Source: Eledone cirrhosa (taxonomy: Eukaryota). From it: a stretch of DNA of 64,000 nucleotides. Where the stretch lies: positions 22,001 to 86,000 of the forward strand of contig CAXHJY010000381.1 of the NCBI GenBank assembly GCA_964016885.1, written 5' to 3'. The position numbers and the translations under genes were made by a program. Below the pieces are notes generated by a model. The model saw nothing but the letters and a program-made list of their open reading frames with translations, ran no database searches and was not told where the DNA came from. Below, piece by piece: positions 46,001 through 62,000 of this stretch; the stretch's first letter is position 1, and every line of letters begins with the position of its first letter.

Positions 46001-49000
46001 AGTAAAATGACAAAGTCTATATTAGTAACATGACAAAGTCTTTATTAGTAACATGACACAGTCTATATTAGTAACATGACACAGTCTATATTAGTAACAT
46101 GACAAAGTCTATATTAGTAACATGACACAGTCTATATTAGTAACATGACACAGTCTATATTAGTAACATGACAAAGTCTATATTAGTAACATGACAAAGT
46201 CTATATTAGTAACATGACAAAGTCTATATTAGTAACATGACAAAGTCTATATTAGTAGCATGACAAAGTCTGTATTAGTAACATGACAAGGTCAATATTA
46301 GTAACATGACAAAGTCTATATTAGTAACATGACAAAGTCTATATTAGTAACATGACACAGTCTATATTAGTAACATGACAAAGTCTATATTAGTAGCATG
46401 ACAAAGTCTATATTAGTAACATGACAAAGTCTATATTAGTAACATGACAAAGTCTATATTAGTAACATGACAAAGTCTATATTAGTAACATGACAAAGTC
46501 TATATTAGTAACATGACAAAGTCTATATTAGTAACATGACACAGTCTATATTAGTAACATGACAGTCTATATTAGTAACATGACAGTCTACATTAGTAAC
46601 ATGACACAGTCTATATTAGTAACATGACGAAGTCGATATTAGTAACATGACAATGTCTATATTAGTAACATGACACAGTCTATATTAGTAACATGACAAA
46701 GTCTATATTACTAACATGACAAAGTCTATATTAGTAACATGACAAAGTCTATATTAGTAAAATGACACAGTCTATATTAGTAACATGACACAGTCTATAT
46801 TAGTAGCATGACACAGTCCATATTAGTAACATGATACAGTCTATATTAGTAACATGACAAAGTCTATATTAGTAACATGACAAAGTCTATATTAGTAAAA
46901 TGACAAAGTCTATATTAGTAACATGACAAAGTCTTTATTAGTAACATGACACAGTCTATATTAGTAACATGACACAGTCTATATTAGTAACATGACAAAG
47001 TCTATATTAGTAACATGACAAAGTCTATATTAGTAACATGACACAGTCTATATTAGTAACATGACAAAGTCTATATTAGTAACATGACAAAATCTATATT
47101 AGTAACATGACACAGTCTATATTAGTAACATGACACAGTCTATATTAGTAACATGACACAGTCTATATTAGTAACATTAGACAGTCTATATTAGTAGCAT
47201 GACAAAGTCTATATTAGTAACATGACACAGTCTACATTAGTAACATGACAAAGTCTATATTAGTAACATGACACAGTCTATATTAGTAACATGAGACAGT
47301 CTATATTAGTAACATGACAAAGTCTATATTAGTAACATGACAAAGTCTATATTAGTAACATGACAAAGTCTATATTAGTAACATGACAAAGTCTATATTA
47401 GTAAAATGACACAGTCTATATTAGTAACATGACAAAGTCTATATTAGTAACATGACACAGTCTATATTAGTAACATGACACAGTCTATATTAGTAGCATG
47501 ACACAGTCTATATTAGTAACATGATACAGTCTATATTAGTAACATGACAAAGTCTATATTAGTAACATGACAAAGTCTATATTAGTAACATGACAAAGTC
47601 TATATTAGTAACATGACACAGTCTATATTAGTAACATGACACAGTCTATATTAGTAACATGACAAAGTCTATATTAGTAACATGACACAGTCTATATTAG
47701 TAACATGACACAGTCTATATTAGTAGCATGACACAGTCTATATTAGTAACATGACACAGTCTATATTAGTAACATCACACAGTCTATATTAGTAACATGA
47801 CAAAGTCTATATTAGTAACATGACAAAGTCTATATTAGTAACATGACACAGTCTATATTAGTAACATGACACGGTCTATATTAGTAACATGACACAGTCT
47901 ATATTAGTAACATGAGACAGTCTATATTAGTAGCATGACAAAGTCTATATTAGTAACATGACACAGTCTACATTAGTAACATGACAAAGTCTATATTAGT
48001 AACATGACACAGTATATATTAGTAACATAAGACAGTCTATATTAGTAACATGACTAAGTCTATATTAGTAACATGACACAGTCTATATTTGTAACATGAC
48101 AAAGTCTAAATTAGTAACATGACAAAGTCTATATTAGTAACATGACAAAGTCTATATTAGTAACATGACACAGTCTATATTAGTAACATGACGAAGTCTA
48201 TATTAGTAACATGACACAGTCTATATTAGTAACATGACAGGGTCTATATTAGTAACATGACAAAGTCTATATTAGTAACATGACAAAGTCTATATTAGTA
48301 ACATGACAAAGTCTATATTAGTAACATGACAAAGTCTATATTAGTAACATGACACAGTCTATATTAGTAACATGACACAGTCTATATTAGTAACATGACA
48401 AAGTCTATATTAGTAACATGATACAGTCTATATTACTAACATGACAAAGTCTATATTAGTAACATGACAAAGTCTATATTAGTAAAATGACAAAGTCTAT
48501 ATTAGTAACATGACAAAGTCTTTATTAGTAACATGACACAGTCTATATTAGTAACATGACACAGTCTATATTAGTAACATGACAAAGTCTATATTAGTAA
48601 CATGACACAGTCTATATTAGTAACATGACACAGTCTATATTAGTAACATGACAAAGTCTATATTAGTAACATGACAAAGTCTATATTAGTAACATGACAA
48701 AGTCTATATTAGTAACATGACAAAGTCTATATTAGTAGCATGACAAAGTCTGTATTAGTAACATGACAAGGTCAATATTAGTAACATGACAACGTCTATA
48801 TTAGTAACATGACAAAGTCTATATTAGTAACATGACACAGTCTATATTAGTAACATGACAAAGTCTATATTAGTAGCATGACAAAGTCTATATTAGTAAC
48901 ATGACAAAGTCTATATTAGTAACATGACAAAGTCTATATTAGTAACATGACAAAGTCTATATTAGTAACATGACAAAGTCTATATTAGTAACATGACAAA

Positions 49001-52000
49001 GTCTATATTAGTAACATGACACAGTCTATATTAGTAACATGACAGTCTATATTAGTATCATGACAGTCTACATTAGTAACATGACACAGTCTATATTAGT
49101 AACATGACAAAGTCGATATTAGTAACATGACAATGTCTATATTAGTAACATGACAAAGTCTATATTAGTAACATGACACAGTCTATATTACTAACATGAC
49201 ACAGCCTATATTAGTAACATGACACAGTCTATATTAGTAACATGACAAAGTCTATATTAGTAACATGACAAAGTCTATATTAGTAACATGACAAAGTCTA
49301 TATTAGTAAAATGACACAGTCTATATTAGTAACATGACACAGTCTATATTAGTAACATGACAAGGTCTATATTAGTAGCATGACAAAGTCTATATTAGTA
49401 ACATGACAAAGTCTATATTAGTAACATAACAAAGTCTATATTAGTAACATGACAAAGTCTATATTAGTAACATGACAAAGTCTATATTAGTAACATGACA
49501 AAGTCTATATTAGTAACATGACACAGTCTATATTAGTAACATGACAGTCTATATTAGTAACATGACAGTCTACATTAGTAACATGACACAGTCTATATTA
49601 GTAACATGACACAGTCTATATTAGTAACATGACACAGTCTATATTAGTAACATGACAGTCTATATTAGTAACATGACAGTCGACATTAGTAACATGACAC
49701 AGTCTATATTAGTAACATGACAAAGTCGATATTAGTAACATGACAATGTCTATATTAGTAACATGACAAAGTCTATATTAGTAACATGACACAGTCTATA
49801 TTACTAACATGAGACAGCCTATATTAGTAACATGACACAGTCTATATTAGTAACATAACAAAGTCTATATTAGTAACATGACAAAGTCTATATTAGTAAC
49901 ATGACAAAGTCTATATCAGTAACATGACACAGTCTATATTAGTAACATGACACAGTCTATATTAGTAGCATGACACAGTCCATATTAGTAACATGATACA
50001 GTCTATATTAGTAACATGACAAAGTCTATATTAGTAACATGACAAAGTCTATATTAGTAAAATGACAAAGTCTATATTAGTAACATGACAAAGTGTTTAT
50101 TAGTAACATGACACAGTCTATATTAGTAACATGACAAAGTCTATATTAGTAACATGACAAAGTCTATATTAGTAACATGACAAAGTCTATATTAGTAACA
50201 TGACACAGTCTATATTAGTAACATGACAGTCTATATTAGTAACATGACAGTCTACATTAGTAACATGACACAGTCTATATTAGTAACATGACACAGTCTA
50301 TATTAGTAACATGACACAGTCTATATTAGTAACATGACTGTCTATATTAGTAACATGACAGTCTACATTAGTAACATGACACAGTCTATATTAGTAACAT
50401 GACAAAGTCGATATTAGTAACATGACAATGTCTATATTAGTAACATGACAAAGTCTATATTAGTAAAATGACAAAGTCTATATTAGTAACATGACAAAGT
50501 CTTTATTAGTAACATGACACAGTCTATATTAGTAACATGACACAGTCTATATTAGTAACATGACAAAGTCTATATTAGTAACATGACACAGTCTATATTA
50601 GTAACATGACACAGTCTATATTAGTAACATGACAAAGTCTATATTTGTAACATGACAAAGTCTATATTAGTAACATGACAAAGTCTATATGAGTAACATG
50701 ACAAAGTCTATATTAGTAGCATGACAAAGTCTGTATTAGTAACATGACAAGGTCAATATTAGTAACATGACAAAGTCTATATTAGTAACATGACAAAGTC
50801 TATATTAGTAACATGACACAGTCTATATTAGTAACATGACAAAGTCTATATTAGTAGCATGACAAAGTCTATATTAGTAACATGACAAAGTCTATATTAG
50901 TAACATGACAAAGTCTATATTAGTAAAATGACAAAGTCTATATTAGTAACATGACAAAGTCTTTATTAGTAACATGACACAGTCTATATTAGTAACATGA
51001 CACAGTCTATATTAGTAACATGACAAAGTCTATATTAGTAACATGACACAGTCTATATTAGTAACATGACACAGTCTATATTAGTAACATGACAAAGTCT
51101 ATATTAGTAACATGACACAGTCTATATTAGTAACATGACACAGTCTATATTAGTAACATGACAAAGTCTATATTAGTAACATGACAAAGTCTATATTAGT
51201 AGCATGACAAAGTCTATATTAGTAACATGACACAGTCTACATTAGTAACATGACAAAGTCTATATTAGTAACATGACACAGTATATATTAGTAACATAAG
51301 ACAGTCTATATTAGTAACATGACTAAGTCTATATTAGTAACATGACACAGTCTATATTTGTAACATGACAAAGTCTAAATTAGTAACATGACAAAGTCTA
51401 TATTAGTAACATGACAAAGTCTATATTAGTAACATGACACAGTCTATATTAGTAACATGACGAAGTCTATATTAGTAACATGACACAGTCTATATTAGTA
51501 ACATGACAGGGTCTATATTAGTAACATGACAAAGTCTATATTAGTAACATGACAAAGTCTATATTAGTAACATGACAAAGTCTATATTAGTAACATGACA
51601 AAGTCTATATTAGTAACATGACACAGTCTATATTAGTAACATGACACAGTCTATATTAGTAGCATGACACAGTCTATATTAGTAACATGATACAGTCTAT
51701 ATTACTAACATGACAAAGTCTATATTAGTAACATGACAAAGTCTATATTAGTAAAATGACAAAGTCTATATTAGTAACATGACAAAGTCTTTATTAGTAA
51801 CATGACACAGTCTATATTAGTAACATGACACAGTCTATATTAGTAACATGACAAAGTCTATATTAGTAACATGACACAGTCTATATTAGTAACATGACAC
51901 AGTCTATATTAGTAACATGACAAAGTCTATATTAGTAACATGACAAAGTCTATATTAGTAACATGACAAAGTCTATATTAGTAACATGACAAAGTCTATA

Positions 52001-55000
52001 TTAGTAGCATGACAAAGTCTGTATTAGTAACATGACAAGGTCAATATTAGTAACATGACAACGTCTATATTAGTAACATGACAAAGTCTATATTAGTAAC
52101 ATGACACAGTCTATATTAGTAACATGACAAAGTCTATATTAGTAGCATGACAAAGTCTATATTAGTAACATGACAAAGTCTATATTAGTAACATGACAAA
52201 GTCTATATTAGTAACATGACAAAGTCTATATTAGTAACATGACAAAGTCTATATTAGTAACATGACAAAGTCTATATTAGTAACATGACACAGTCTATAT
52301 TAGTAACATGACAGTCTATATTAGTATCATGACAGTCTACATTAGTAACATGACACAGTCTATATTAGTAACATGACAAAGTCGATATTAGTAACATGAC
52401 AATGTCTATATTAGTAACATGACAAAGTCTATATTAGTAACATGACACAGTCTATATTACTAACATGACACAGCCTATATTAGTAACATGACACAGTCTA
52501 TATTAGTAACATGACAAAGTCTATATTAGTAACATGACAAAGTCTATATTAGTAACATGACAAAGTCTATATTAGTAAAATGACACAGTCTATATTAGTA
52601 ACATGACACAGTCTATATTAGTAACATGACAAGGTCTATATTAGTAGCATGACAAAGTCTATATTAGTAACATGACAAAGTCTATATTAGTAACATAACA
52701 AAGTCTATATTAGTAACATGACAAAGTCTATATTAGTAACATGACAAAGTCTATATTAGTAACATGACAAAGTCTATATTAGTAACATGACACAGTCTAT
52801 ATTAGTAACATGACAGTCTATATTAGTAACATGACAGTCTACATTAGTAACATGACACAGTCTATATTAGTAACATGACACAGTCTATATTAGTAACATG
52901 ACACAGTCTATATTAGTAACATGACAGTCTATATTAGTAACATGACAGTCGACATTAGTAACATGACACAGTCTATATTAGTAACATGACAAAGTCGATA
53001 TTAGTAACATGACAATGTCTATATTAGTAACATGACAAAGTCTATATTAGTAACATGACACAGTCTATATTACTAACATGAGACAGCCTATATTAGTAAC
53101 ATGACACAGTCTATATTAGTAACATAACAAAGTCTATATTAGTAACATGACAAAGTCTATATTAGTAACATGACAAAGTCTATATCAGTAACATGACACA
53201 GTCTATATTAGTAACATGACACAGTCTATATTAGTAGCATGACACAGTCCATATTAGTAACATGATACAGTCTATATTAGTAACATGACAAAGTCTATAT
53301 TAGTAACATGACAAAGTCTATATTAGTAAAATGACAAAGTCTATATTAGTAACATGACAAAGTGTTTATTAGTAACATGACACAGTCTATATTAGTAACA
53401 TGACAAAGTCTATATTAGTAACATGACAAAGTCTATATTAGTAACATGACAAAGTCTATATTAGTAACATGACACAGTCTATATTAGTAACATGACAGTC
53501 TATATTAGTAACATGACAGTCTACATTAGTAACATGACACAGTCTATATTAGTAACATGACACAGTCTATATTAGTAACATGACACAGTCTATATTAGTA
53601 ACATGACAGTCTATATTAGTAACATGACAGTCTACATTAGTAACATGACACAGTCTATATTAGTAACATGACAAAGTCGATATTAGTAACATGACAATGT
53701 CTATATTAGTAACATGACAAAGTCTATATTAGTAAAATGACAAAGTCTATATTAGTAACATGACAAAGTCTTTATTAGTAACATGACACAGTCTATATTA
53801 GTAACATGACACAGTCTATATTAGTAACATGACAAAGTCTATATTAGTAACATGACACAGTCTATATTAGTAACATGACACAGTCTATATTAGTAACATG
53901 ACAAAGTCTATATTAGTAACATGACAAAGTCTATATTAGTAACATGACAAAGTCTATATTAGTAACATGACAAAGTCTATATTAGTAGCATGACAAAGTC
54001 TGTATTAGTAACATGACAAGGTCAATATTAGTAACATGACAAAGTCTATATTAGTAACATGACAAAGTCTATATTAGTAACATGACACAGTCTATATTAG
54101 TAACATGACAAAGTCTATATTAGTAGCATGACAAAGTCTATATTAGTAACATGACAAAGTCTATATTAGTAACATGACAAAGTCTATATTAGTAACATGA
54201 CAAAGTCTATATTAGTAACATGACAAAGTCTATATTAGTAACATGACAAAGTCTATATTAGTAACATGACACAGTCTATATTAGTAACATGACAGTCTAT
54301 ATTAGTAACATGACAGTCTACATTAGTAACATGACACAGTCTATATTAGTAACATGACGAAGTCGATATTAGTAACATGACAATGTCTATATTAGTAACA
54401 TGACACAGTCTATATTAGTAACATGACAAAGTCTATATTACTAACATGACAAAGTCTATATTAGTAACATGACAAAGTCTATATTAGTAAAATGACACAG
54501 TCTATATTAGTAACATGACACAGTCTATATTAGTAGCATGACACAGTCCATATTAGTAACATGATACAGTCTATATTAGTAACATGACAAAGTCTATATT
54601 AGTAACATGACAAAGTCTATATTAGTAAAATGACAAAGTCTATATTAGTAACATGACAAAGTCTTTATTAGTAACATGACACAGTCTATATTAGTAACAT
54701 GACACAGTCTATATTAGTAACATGACAAAGTCTATATTAGTAACATGACAAAGTCTATATTAGTAACATGACACAGTCTATATTAGTAACATGACAAAGT
54801 CTATATTAGTAACATGACAAAATCTATATTAGTAACATGACACAGTCTATATTAGTAACATGACACAGTCTATATTAGTAACATGACACAGTCTATATTA
54901 GTAACATTAGACAGTCTATATTAGTAGCATGACAAAGTCTATATTAGTAACATGACACAGTCTACATTAGTAACATGACAAAGTCTATATTAGTAACATG

Positions 55001-55484
55001 ACACAGTCTATATTAGTAACATGAGACAGTCTATATTAGTAACATGACAAAGTCTATATTAGTAACATGACAAAGTCTATATTAGTAACATGACAAAGTC
55101 TATATTAGTAACATGACAAAGTCTATATTAGTAAAATGACACAGTCTATATTAGTAACATGACAAAGTCTATATTAGTAACATGACACAGTCTATATTAG
55201 TAACATGACACAGTCTATATTAGTAGCATGACACAGTCTATATTAGTAACATGATACAGTCTATATTAGTAACATGACAAAGTCTATATTAGTAACATGA
55301 CAAAGTCTATATTAGTAACATGACAAAGTCTATATTAGTAACATGACACAGTCTATATTAGTAACATGACACAGTCTATATTAGTAACATGACAAAGTCT
55401 ATATTAGTAACATGACACAGTCTATATTAGTAACATGACACAGTCTATATTAGTAGCATGACACAGTCTATATTAGTAACATGA
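40010..55484 (+). repeat. Higher-order tandem duplication, period 7730 bp (~40010-47754 vs ~47740-55484)
   Basis: AACATCACAC 40041/47771, ATATTTGTAA 42911/50641, GAGTAAC 42961/50691, GTCGAC 41949/49679 and 45218/52948. The only difference noticed is one monomer at 48393-48401. Confidence 0.92.
40190..46465 (+). repeat. Nested ~3.0 kb direct repeat, offset 3269 bp (~40190-43196 vs ~43460-46465), repeated again in the second 7730-bp copy
   Basis: TAGC 40201/43470, GTATATATT 40282/43551 and 48012/51281, GTCGAC 41949/45218 and 49679/52948. The first copy carries private GACTG ~42606, TTTGTAA ~42914 and GAGTAAC 42961. Confidence 0.88.
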
Positions 55485-58400
55485 TACAGTCTATATTAGT
55501 AACATGACAAAGTCTATATTAGTAACATGACAAAGTCTATATTAGTAAAATGACAAAGTCTATATTAGTAACATGACAAAGTCTTTATTAGTAACATGAC
55601 ACAGTCTATATTAGTAACATGACACAGTCTATATTAGTAACATGACAAAGTCTATATTAGTAACATGACAAAGTCTATATTAGTAACATGACACAGTCTA
55701 TATTAGTAACATCACACAGTCTATATTAGTAACATGACAAAGTCTATATTAGTAACATGACAAAGTCTATATTAGTAACATGACACAGTCTATATTAGTA
55801 ACATGACACAGTCTATATTAGTAACATGACACAGTCTATATTAGTAACATGAGACAGTCCATATTAGTAGCATGACAAAGTCTATATTAGTAACATGACA
55901 CAGTCTACATTAGTAACATGACAAAGTCTATATTAGTAACATGACACAGTCTATATTAGTAACATGAGACAGTCTATATTAGTAACATGACTAAGTCTAT
56001 ATTAGTAACATGACACAGTCTATATTAGTAACATGACACAGTCTATATTAGTAACATGACAAAGTCTATATTAGTAACATGACAAAGTCTATATTAGTAA
56101 CATGACAAAGTCTATATTAGTAACATGACACAGTCTATATTAGTAACATGACGAAGTCTATATTAGTAACATGACACAGTCTATATTAGTAACATGACAC
56201 AGTCTATATTAGTAACATGACAAAGTCTATATTAGTAACATGACACAGTCTATATTAGTAAAATGACAAAGTCTATATTAGTAACATGACAAAGTCTTTA
56301 TTACTAACATGACACAGTCTATATTAGTAACATGACACAGTCTATATTAGTAACATGACAAAGTCTATATTAGTAACATGACACAGTCTATATTAGTAAC
56401 ATGACACAGTCTATATTAGTAACATGACAAAGTCTATATTAGTAACATGACAAAGTCTATATTAGTAACATGACAAAGTCTATATTAGTAACATGACAAA
56501 GTCTATATTAGTAGCATGACAAAGTCTGTATTAGTAACATGACAAGGTCAATATTAGTAACATGACAAAGTCTATATTAGTAACATGACAAAGTCTATAT
56601 TAGTAACATGACACAGTCTATATTAGTAACATGACAAAGTCTATATTAGTAGCATGACAAAGTCTATATTAGTAACATGACAAAGTCTATATTAGTAACA
56701 TGACAAAGTCTATATTAGTAACATGACAAAGTCTATATTAGTAACATGACAAAGTCTATATTAGTAACATGACAAAGTCTATATTAGTAACATGACACAG
56801 TCTATATTAGTAACATGACAGTCTATATTAGTAACATGACAGTCTACATTAGTAACATGACACAGTCTATATTAGTAACATGACAAAGTCGATATTAGTA
56901 ACATGAAAATGTCTATATTAGTAACATGACAAAGTCTATATTAGTAACATGACACAGTCTATATTACTAACATGACACAGCCTATATTAGTAACATGACA
57001 CAGTCTATATTAGTAACATGACAAAGTCTATATTAGTAACATGACAAAGTCTATATTAGTAACATGACAAAGTCTATATTAGTAACATGACACAGTCTAT
57101 ATTAGTAACATGACACAGTCTATATTAGTAGCATGACACAGTCCATATTAGTAACATGATACAGTCTATATTAGTAACATGACAAAGTCTATATTAGTAA
57201 CATGACAAAGTCTATATTAGTAAAATGACAAAGTCTATATTAGTAACATGACAAAGTCTTTATTAGTAACATGACACAGTCTATATTAGTAACATGACAC
57301 AGTCTATATTAGTAACATGACAAAGTCTATATTAGTAACATGACAAAGTCTATATTAGTAACATGACACAGTCTATATTAGTAACATGACACAGTCTATA
57401 TTAGTAACATGACAAAGTCTATATTTTAACATGACAAAATCTATATTAGTAACATGACACAGTCTACATTAGTAACATGACAAAGTCTATATTAGTAACA
57501 TGACACAGTCTATATTAGTAACATGAGACAGTCTATATTAGTAACATGACAAAGTCTATATTAGTAACATGACAAAGTCTATATTAGTAAAATGACAAAG
57601 TCTATATTAGTAACATGACAAAGTCTTTATTAGTAACATGACACAGTCTATATTAGTAACATGACACAGTCTATATTAGTAACATGACAAAGTCTATATT
57701 AGTAACATGACACAGTCTATATTAGTAACATGACACAGTCTATATTAGTAACATGACAAAGTCTATATTAGTAACATGACAAAGTCTATATTAGTAACAT
57801 GACAAAGTCTATATTAGTAACATGACAAAGTCTATATTAGTAGCATGACAAAGTCTGTATTAGTAACATGACAAAGTCTATATTAGTAACATGACAAAGT
57901 CTATATTAGTAACATGACAAAGTCTATATTAGTAACATGACACAGTCTATATTAGTAACATGACAAGGTCTATATTAGTAGCATGACAAAGTCTATATTA
58001 GTAACATGACAAAGTCTATATTAGTAACATAACAAAGTCTATATTAGTAACATGACAAAGTCTATATTAGTAACATGACAAAGTCTATATTAGTAACATG
58101 ACAAAGTCTATATTAGTAACATGACACAGTCTATATTAGTAACATGACAGTCTATATTAGTAACATGACAGTCTACATTAGTAACATGACACAGTCTATA
58201 TTAGTAACATGACACAGTCTATATTAGTAACATGACACAGTCTATATTAGTAACATGACAGTCTATATTAGTAACATGACAGTCTACATTAGTAACATGA
58301 CACAGTCTATATTAGTAACATGACAAAGTCGATATTAGTAACATGACAATGTCTATATTAGTAACATGACAAAGTCTATATTAGTAACATGACACAGTCT

Positions 58401-59064
58401 ATATTACTAACATGAGACAGCCTATATTAGTAACATGACACAGTCTATATTAGTAACATAACAAAGTCTATATTAGTAACATGACAAAGTCTATATTAGT
58501 AACATGACAAAGTCTATATCAGTAACATGACACAGTCTATATTAGTAACATGACACAGTCTATATTAGTAGCATGACACAGTCCATATTAGTAACATGAT
58601 ACAGTCTATATTAGTAACATGACAAAGTCTATATTAGTAACATGACAAAGTCTATATTAGTAAAATGACAAAGTCTATATTAGTAACATGACAAAGTGTT
58701 TATTAGTAACATGACACAGTCTATATTAGTAACATGACAAAGTCTATATTAGTAACATGACAAAGTCTATATTAGTAACATGACACAGTCTATATTAGTA
58801 ACATGACACAGTCTATATTAGTAACATGACAAAGTCTATATTAGTAACATGACAAAGTCTATATTAGTAACATGACACAGTCTATATTAGTAACATGACA
58901 CAGTCTATATTAGTAACATGACACAGTCTATATTAGTAACATTAGACAGTCTATATTAGTAGCATGACAAAGTCTATATTAGTAACATGACAAAGTCTAT
59001 ATTAGTAAAATGACAAAGTCTATATTAGTAACATGACAAAGTCTTTATTAGTAACATGACACAG

Positions 59065-62000
59065 TCTATATTAGTAACATGACACAGTCTATATTAGTAA
59101 CATGACAAAGTCTATATTAGTAACATGACACAGTCTATATTAGTAACATGACACAGTCTATATTAGTAGCATGACACAGTCTATATTAGTAACATGATAC
59201 AGTCTATATTAGTAACATGACAAAGTCTATATTAGTAACATGACAAAGTCTATATTAGTAAAATGACAAAGTCTATATTAGTAACATGACAAAGTCTTTA
59301 TTAGTAACATGACACAGTCTATATTAGTAACATGACACAGTCTATATTAGTAACATGACAAAGTCTATATTAGTAACATGACAAAGTCTATATTAGTAAC
59401 ATGACACAGTCTATATTAGTAACATCACACAGTCTATATTAGTAACATGACAAAGTCTATATTAGTAACATGACAAAGTCTATATTAGTAACATGACACA
59501 GTCTATATTAGTAACATGACACGGTCTATATTAGTAACATGACACAGTCTATATTAGTAACATGAGACAGTCTATATTAGTAGCATGACAAAGTCTATAT
59601 TAGTAACATGACACAGTCTACATTAGTAACATGACAAAGTCTATATTAGTAACATGACACAGTATATATTAGTAACATAAGACAGTCTATATTAGTAACA
59701 TGACTAAGTCTATATTAGTAACATGACACAGTCTATATTTGTAACATGACAAAGTCTAAATTAGTAACATGACAAAGTCTATATTAGTAACATGACAAAG
59801 TCTATATTAGTAACATGACACAGTCTATATTAGTAACATGACGAAGTCTATATTAGTAACATGACACAGTCTATATTAGTAACATGACAGGGTCTATATT
59901 AGTAACATGACAAAGTCTATATTAGTAACATGACAAAGTCTATATTAGTAACATGACAAAGTCTATATTAGTAACATGACAAAGTCTATATTAGTAACAT
60001 GACACAGTCTATATTAGTAACATGACACAGTCTATATTAGTAGCATGACACAGTCTATATTAGTAACATGATACAGTCTATATTACTAACATGACAAAGT
60101 CTATATTAGTAACATGACAAAGTCTATATTAGTAAAATGACAAAGTCTATATTAGTAACATGACAAAGTCTTTATTAGTAACATGACACAGTCTATATTA
60201 GTAACATGACACAGTCTATATTAGTAACATGACAAAGTCTATATTAGTAACATGACACAGTCTATATTAGTAACATGACACAGTCTATATTAGTAACATG
60301 ACAAAGTCTATATTAGTAACATGACAAAGTCTATATTAGTAACATGACAAAGTCTATATTAGTAACATGACAAAGTCTATATTAGTAGCATGACAAAGTC
60401 TGTATTAGTAACATGACAAGGTCAATATTAGTAACATGACAACGTCTATATTAGTAACATGACAAAGTCTATATTAGTAACATGACACAGTCTATATTAG
60501 TAACATGACAAAGTCTATATTAGTAGCATGACAAAGTCTATATTAGTAACATGACAAAGTCTATATTAGTAACATGACAAAGTCTATATTAGTAACATGA
60601 CAAAGTCTATATTAGTAACATGACAAAGTCTATATTAGTAACATGACAAAGTCTATATTAGTAACATGACACAGTCTATATTAGTAACATGACAGTCTAT
60701 ATTAGTATCATGACAGTCTACATTAGTAACATGACACAGTCTATATTAGTAACATGACAAAGTCGATATTAGTAACATGACAATGTCTATATTAGTAACA
60801 TGACAAAGTCTATATTAGTAACATGACACAGTCTATATTACTAACATGACACAGCCTATATTAGTAACATGACACAGTCTATATTAGTAACATGACAAAG
60901 TCTATATTAGTAACATGACAAAGTCTATATTAGTAACATGACAAAGTCTATATTAGTAAAATGACACAGTCTATATTAGTAACATGACACAGTCTATATT
61001 AGTAACATGACAAAGTCTATATTAGTAACATGACACAGTCTATATTAGTAACATGACACAGTCTATATTAGTAGCATGACACAGTCTATATTAGTAACAT
61101 GATACAGTCTATATTAGTAACATGACAAAGTCTATATTAGTAACATGACAAAGTCTATATTAGTAAAATGACAAAGTCTATATTAGTAACATGACAAAGT
61201 CTTTATTAGTAACATGACACAGTCTATATTAGTAACATGACACAGTCTATATTAGTAACATGACAAAGTCTATATTAGTAACATGACAAAGTCTATATTA
61301 GTAACATGACACAGTCTATATTAGTAACATCACACAGTCCATATTAGTAACATGACAAAGTCTATATTAGTAACATGACAAAGTCTATATTAGTAACATG
61401 ACACAGTCTATATTAGTAACATGACACGGTCTATATTAGTAACATGACACAGTCTATATTAGTAACATGAGACAGTCTATATTAGTAGCATGACAAAGTC
61501 TATATTAGTAACATGACACAGTCTACATTAGTAACATGACAAAGTCTATATTAGTAACATGACACAGTCTATATTAGTAACATAAGACAGTCTATATTAG
61601 TAACATGACTAAGTCTATATTAGTAACATGACACAGTCTATATTTGTAACATGACAAAGTCTAAATTAGTAACATGACAAAGTCTATATTAGTAACATGA
61701 CAAAGTCTATATTAGTAACATGACACAGTCTATATTAGTAACATGACGAAGTCTATATTAGTAACATGACACAGTCTATATTAGTAACATGACACAGTCT
61801 ATATTAGTAACATGACAAAGTCTATATTAGTAACATGACAAAGTCTATATTAGTAACATGACAAAGTCTATATTAGTAACATGACAAAGTCTATATTAGT
61901 AACATGACACAGTCTATATTAGTAACATGACACAGTCTATATTAGTAGCATGACACAGTCTATATTAGTAACATGATACAGTCTATATTACTAACATGAC

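Larger units (their letters stand above)
33210..61013 (+). repeat. Non-adjacent ~8.4 kb near-perfect duplication, offset 19380 bp (~33210-41633 vs ~52590-61013)
   Basis: The offset is a multiple of 60, so printed lines match directly (33541=52921, 38041=57421 with the 22-mer ATATTTTAAC, 40261=59641). Only two differences noticed (ACACTG ~33525, GACGCAG ~36750). Confidence 0.93.
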
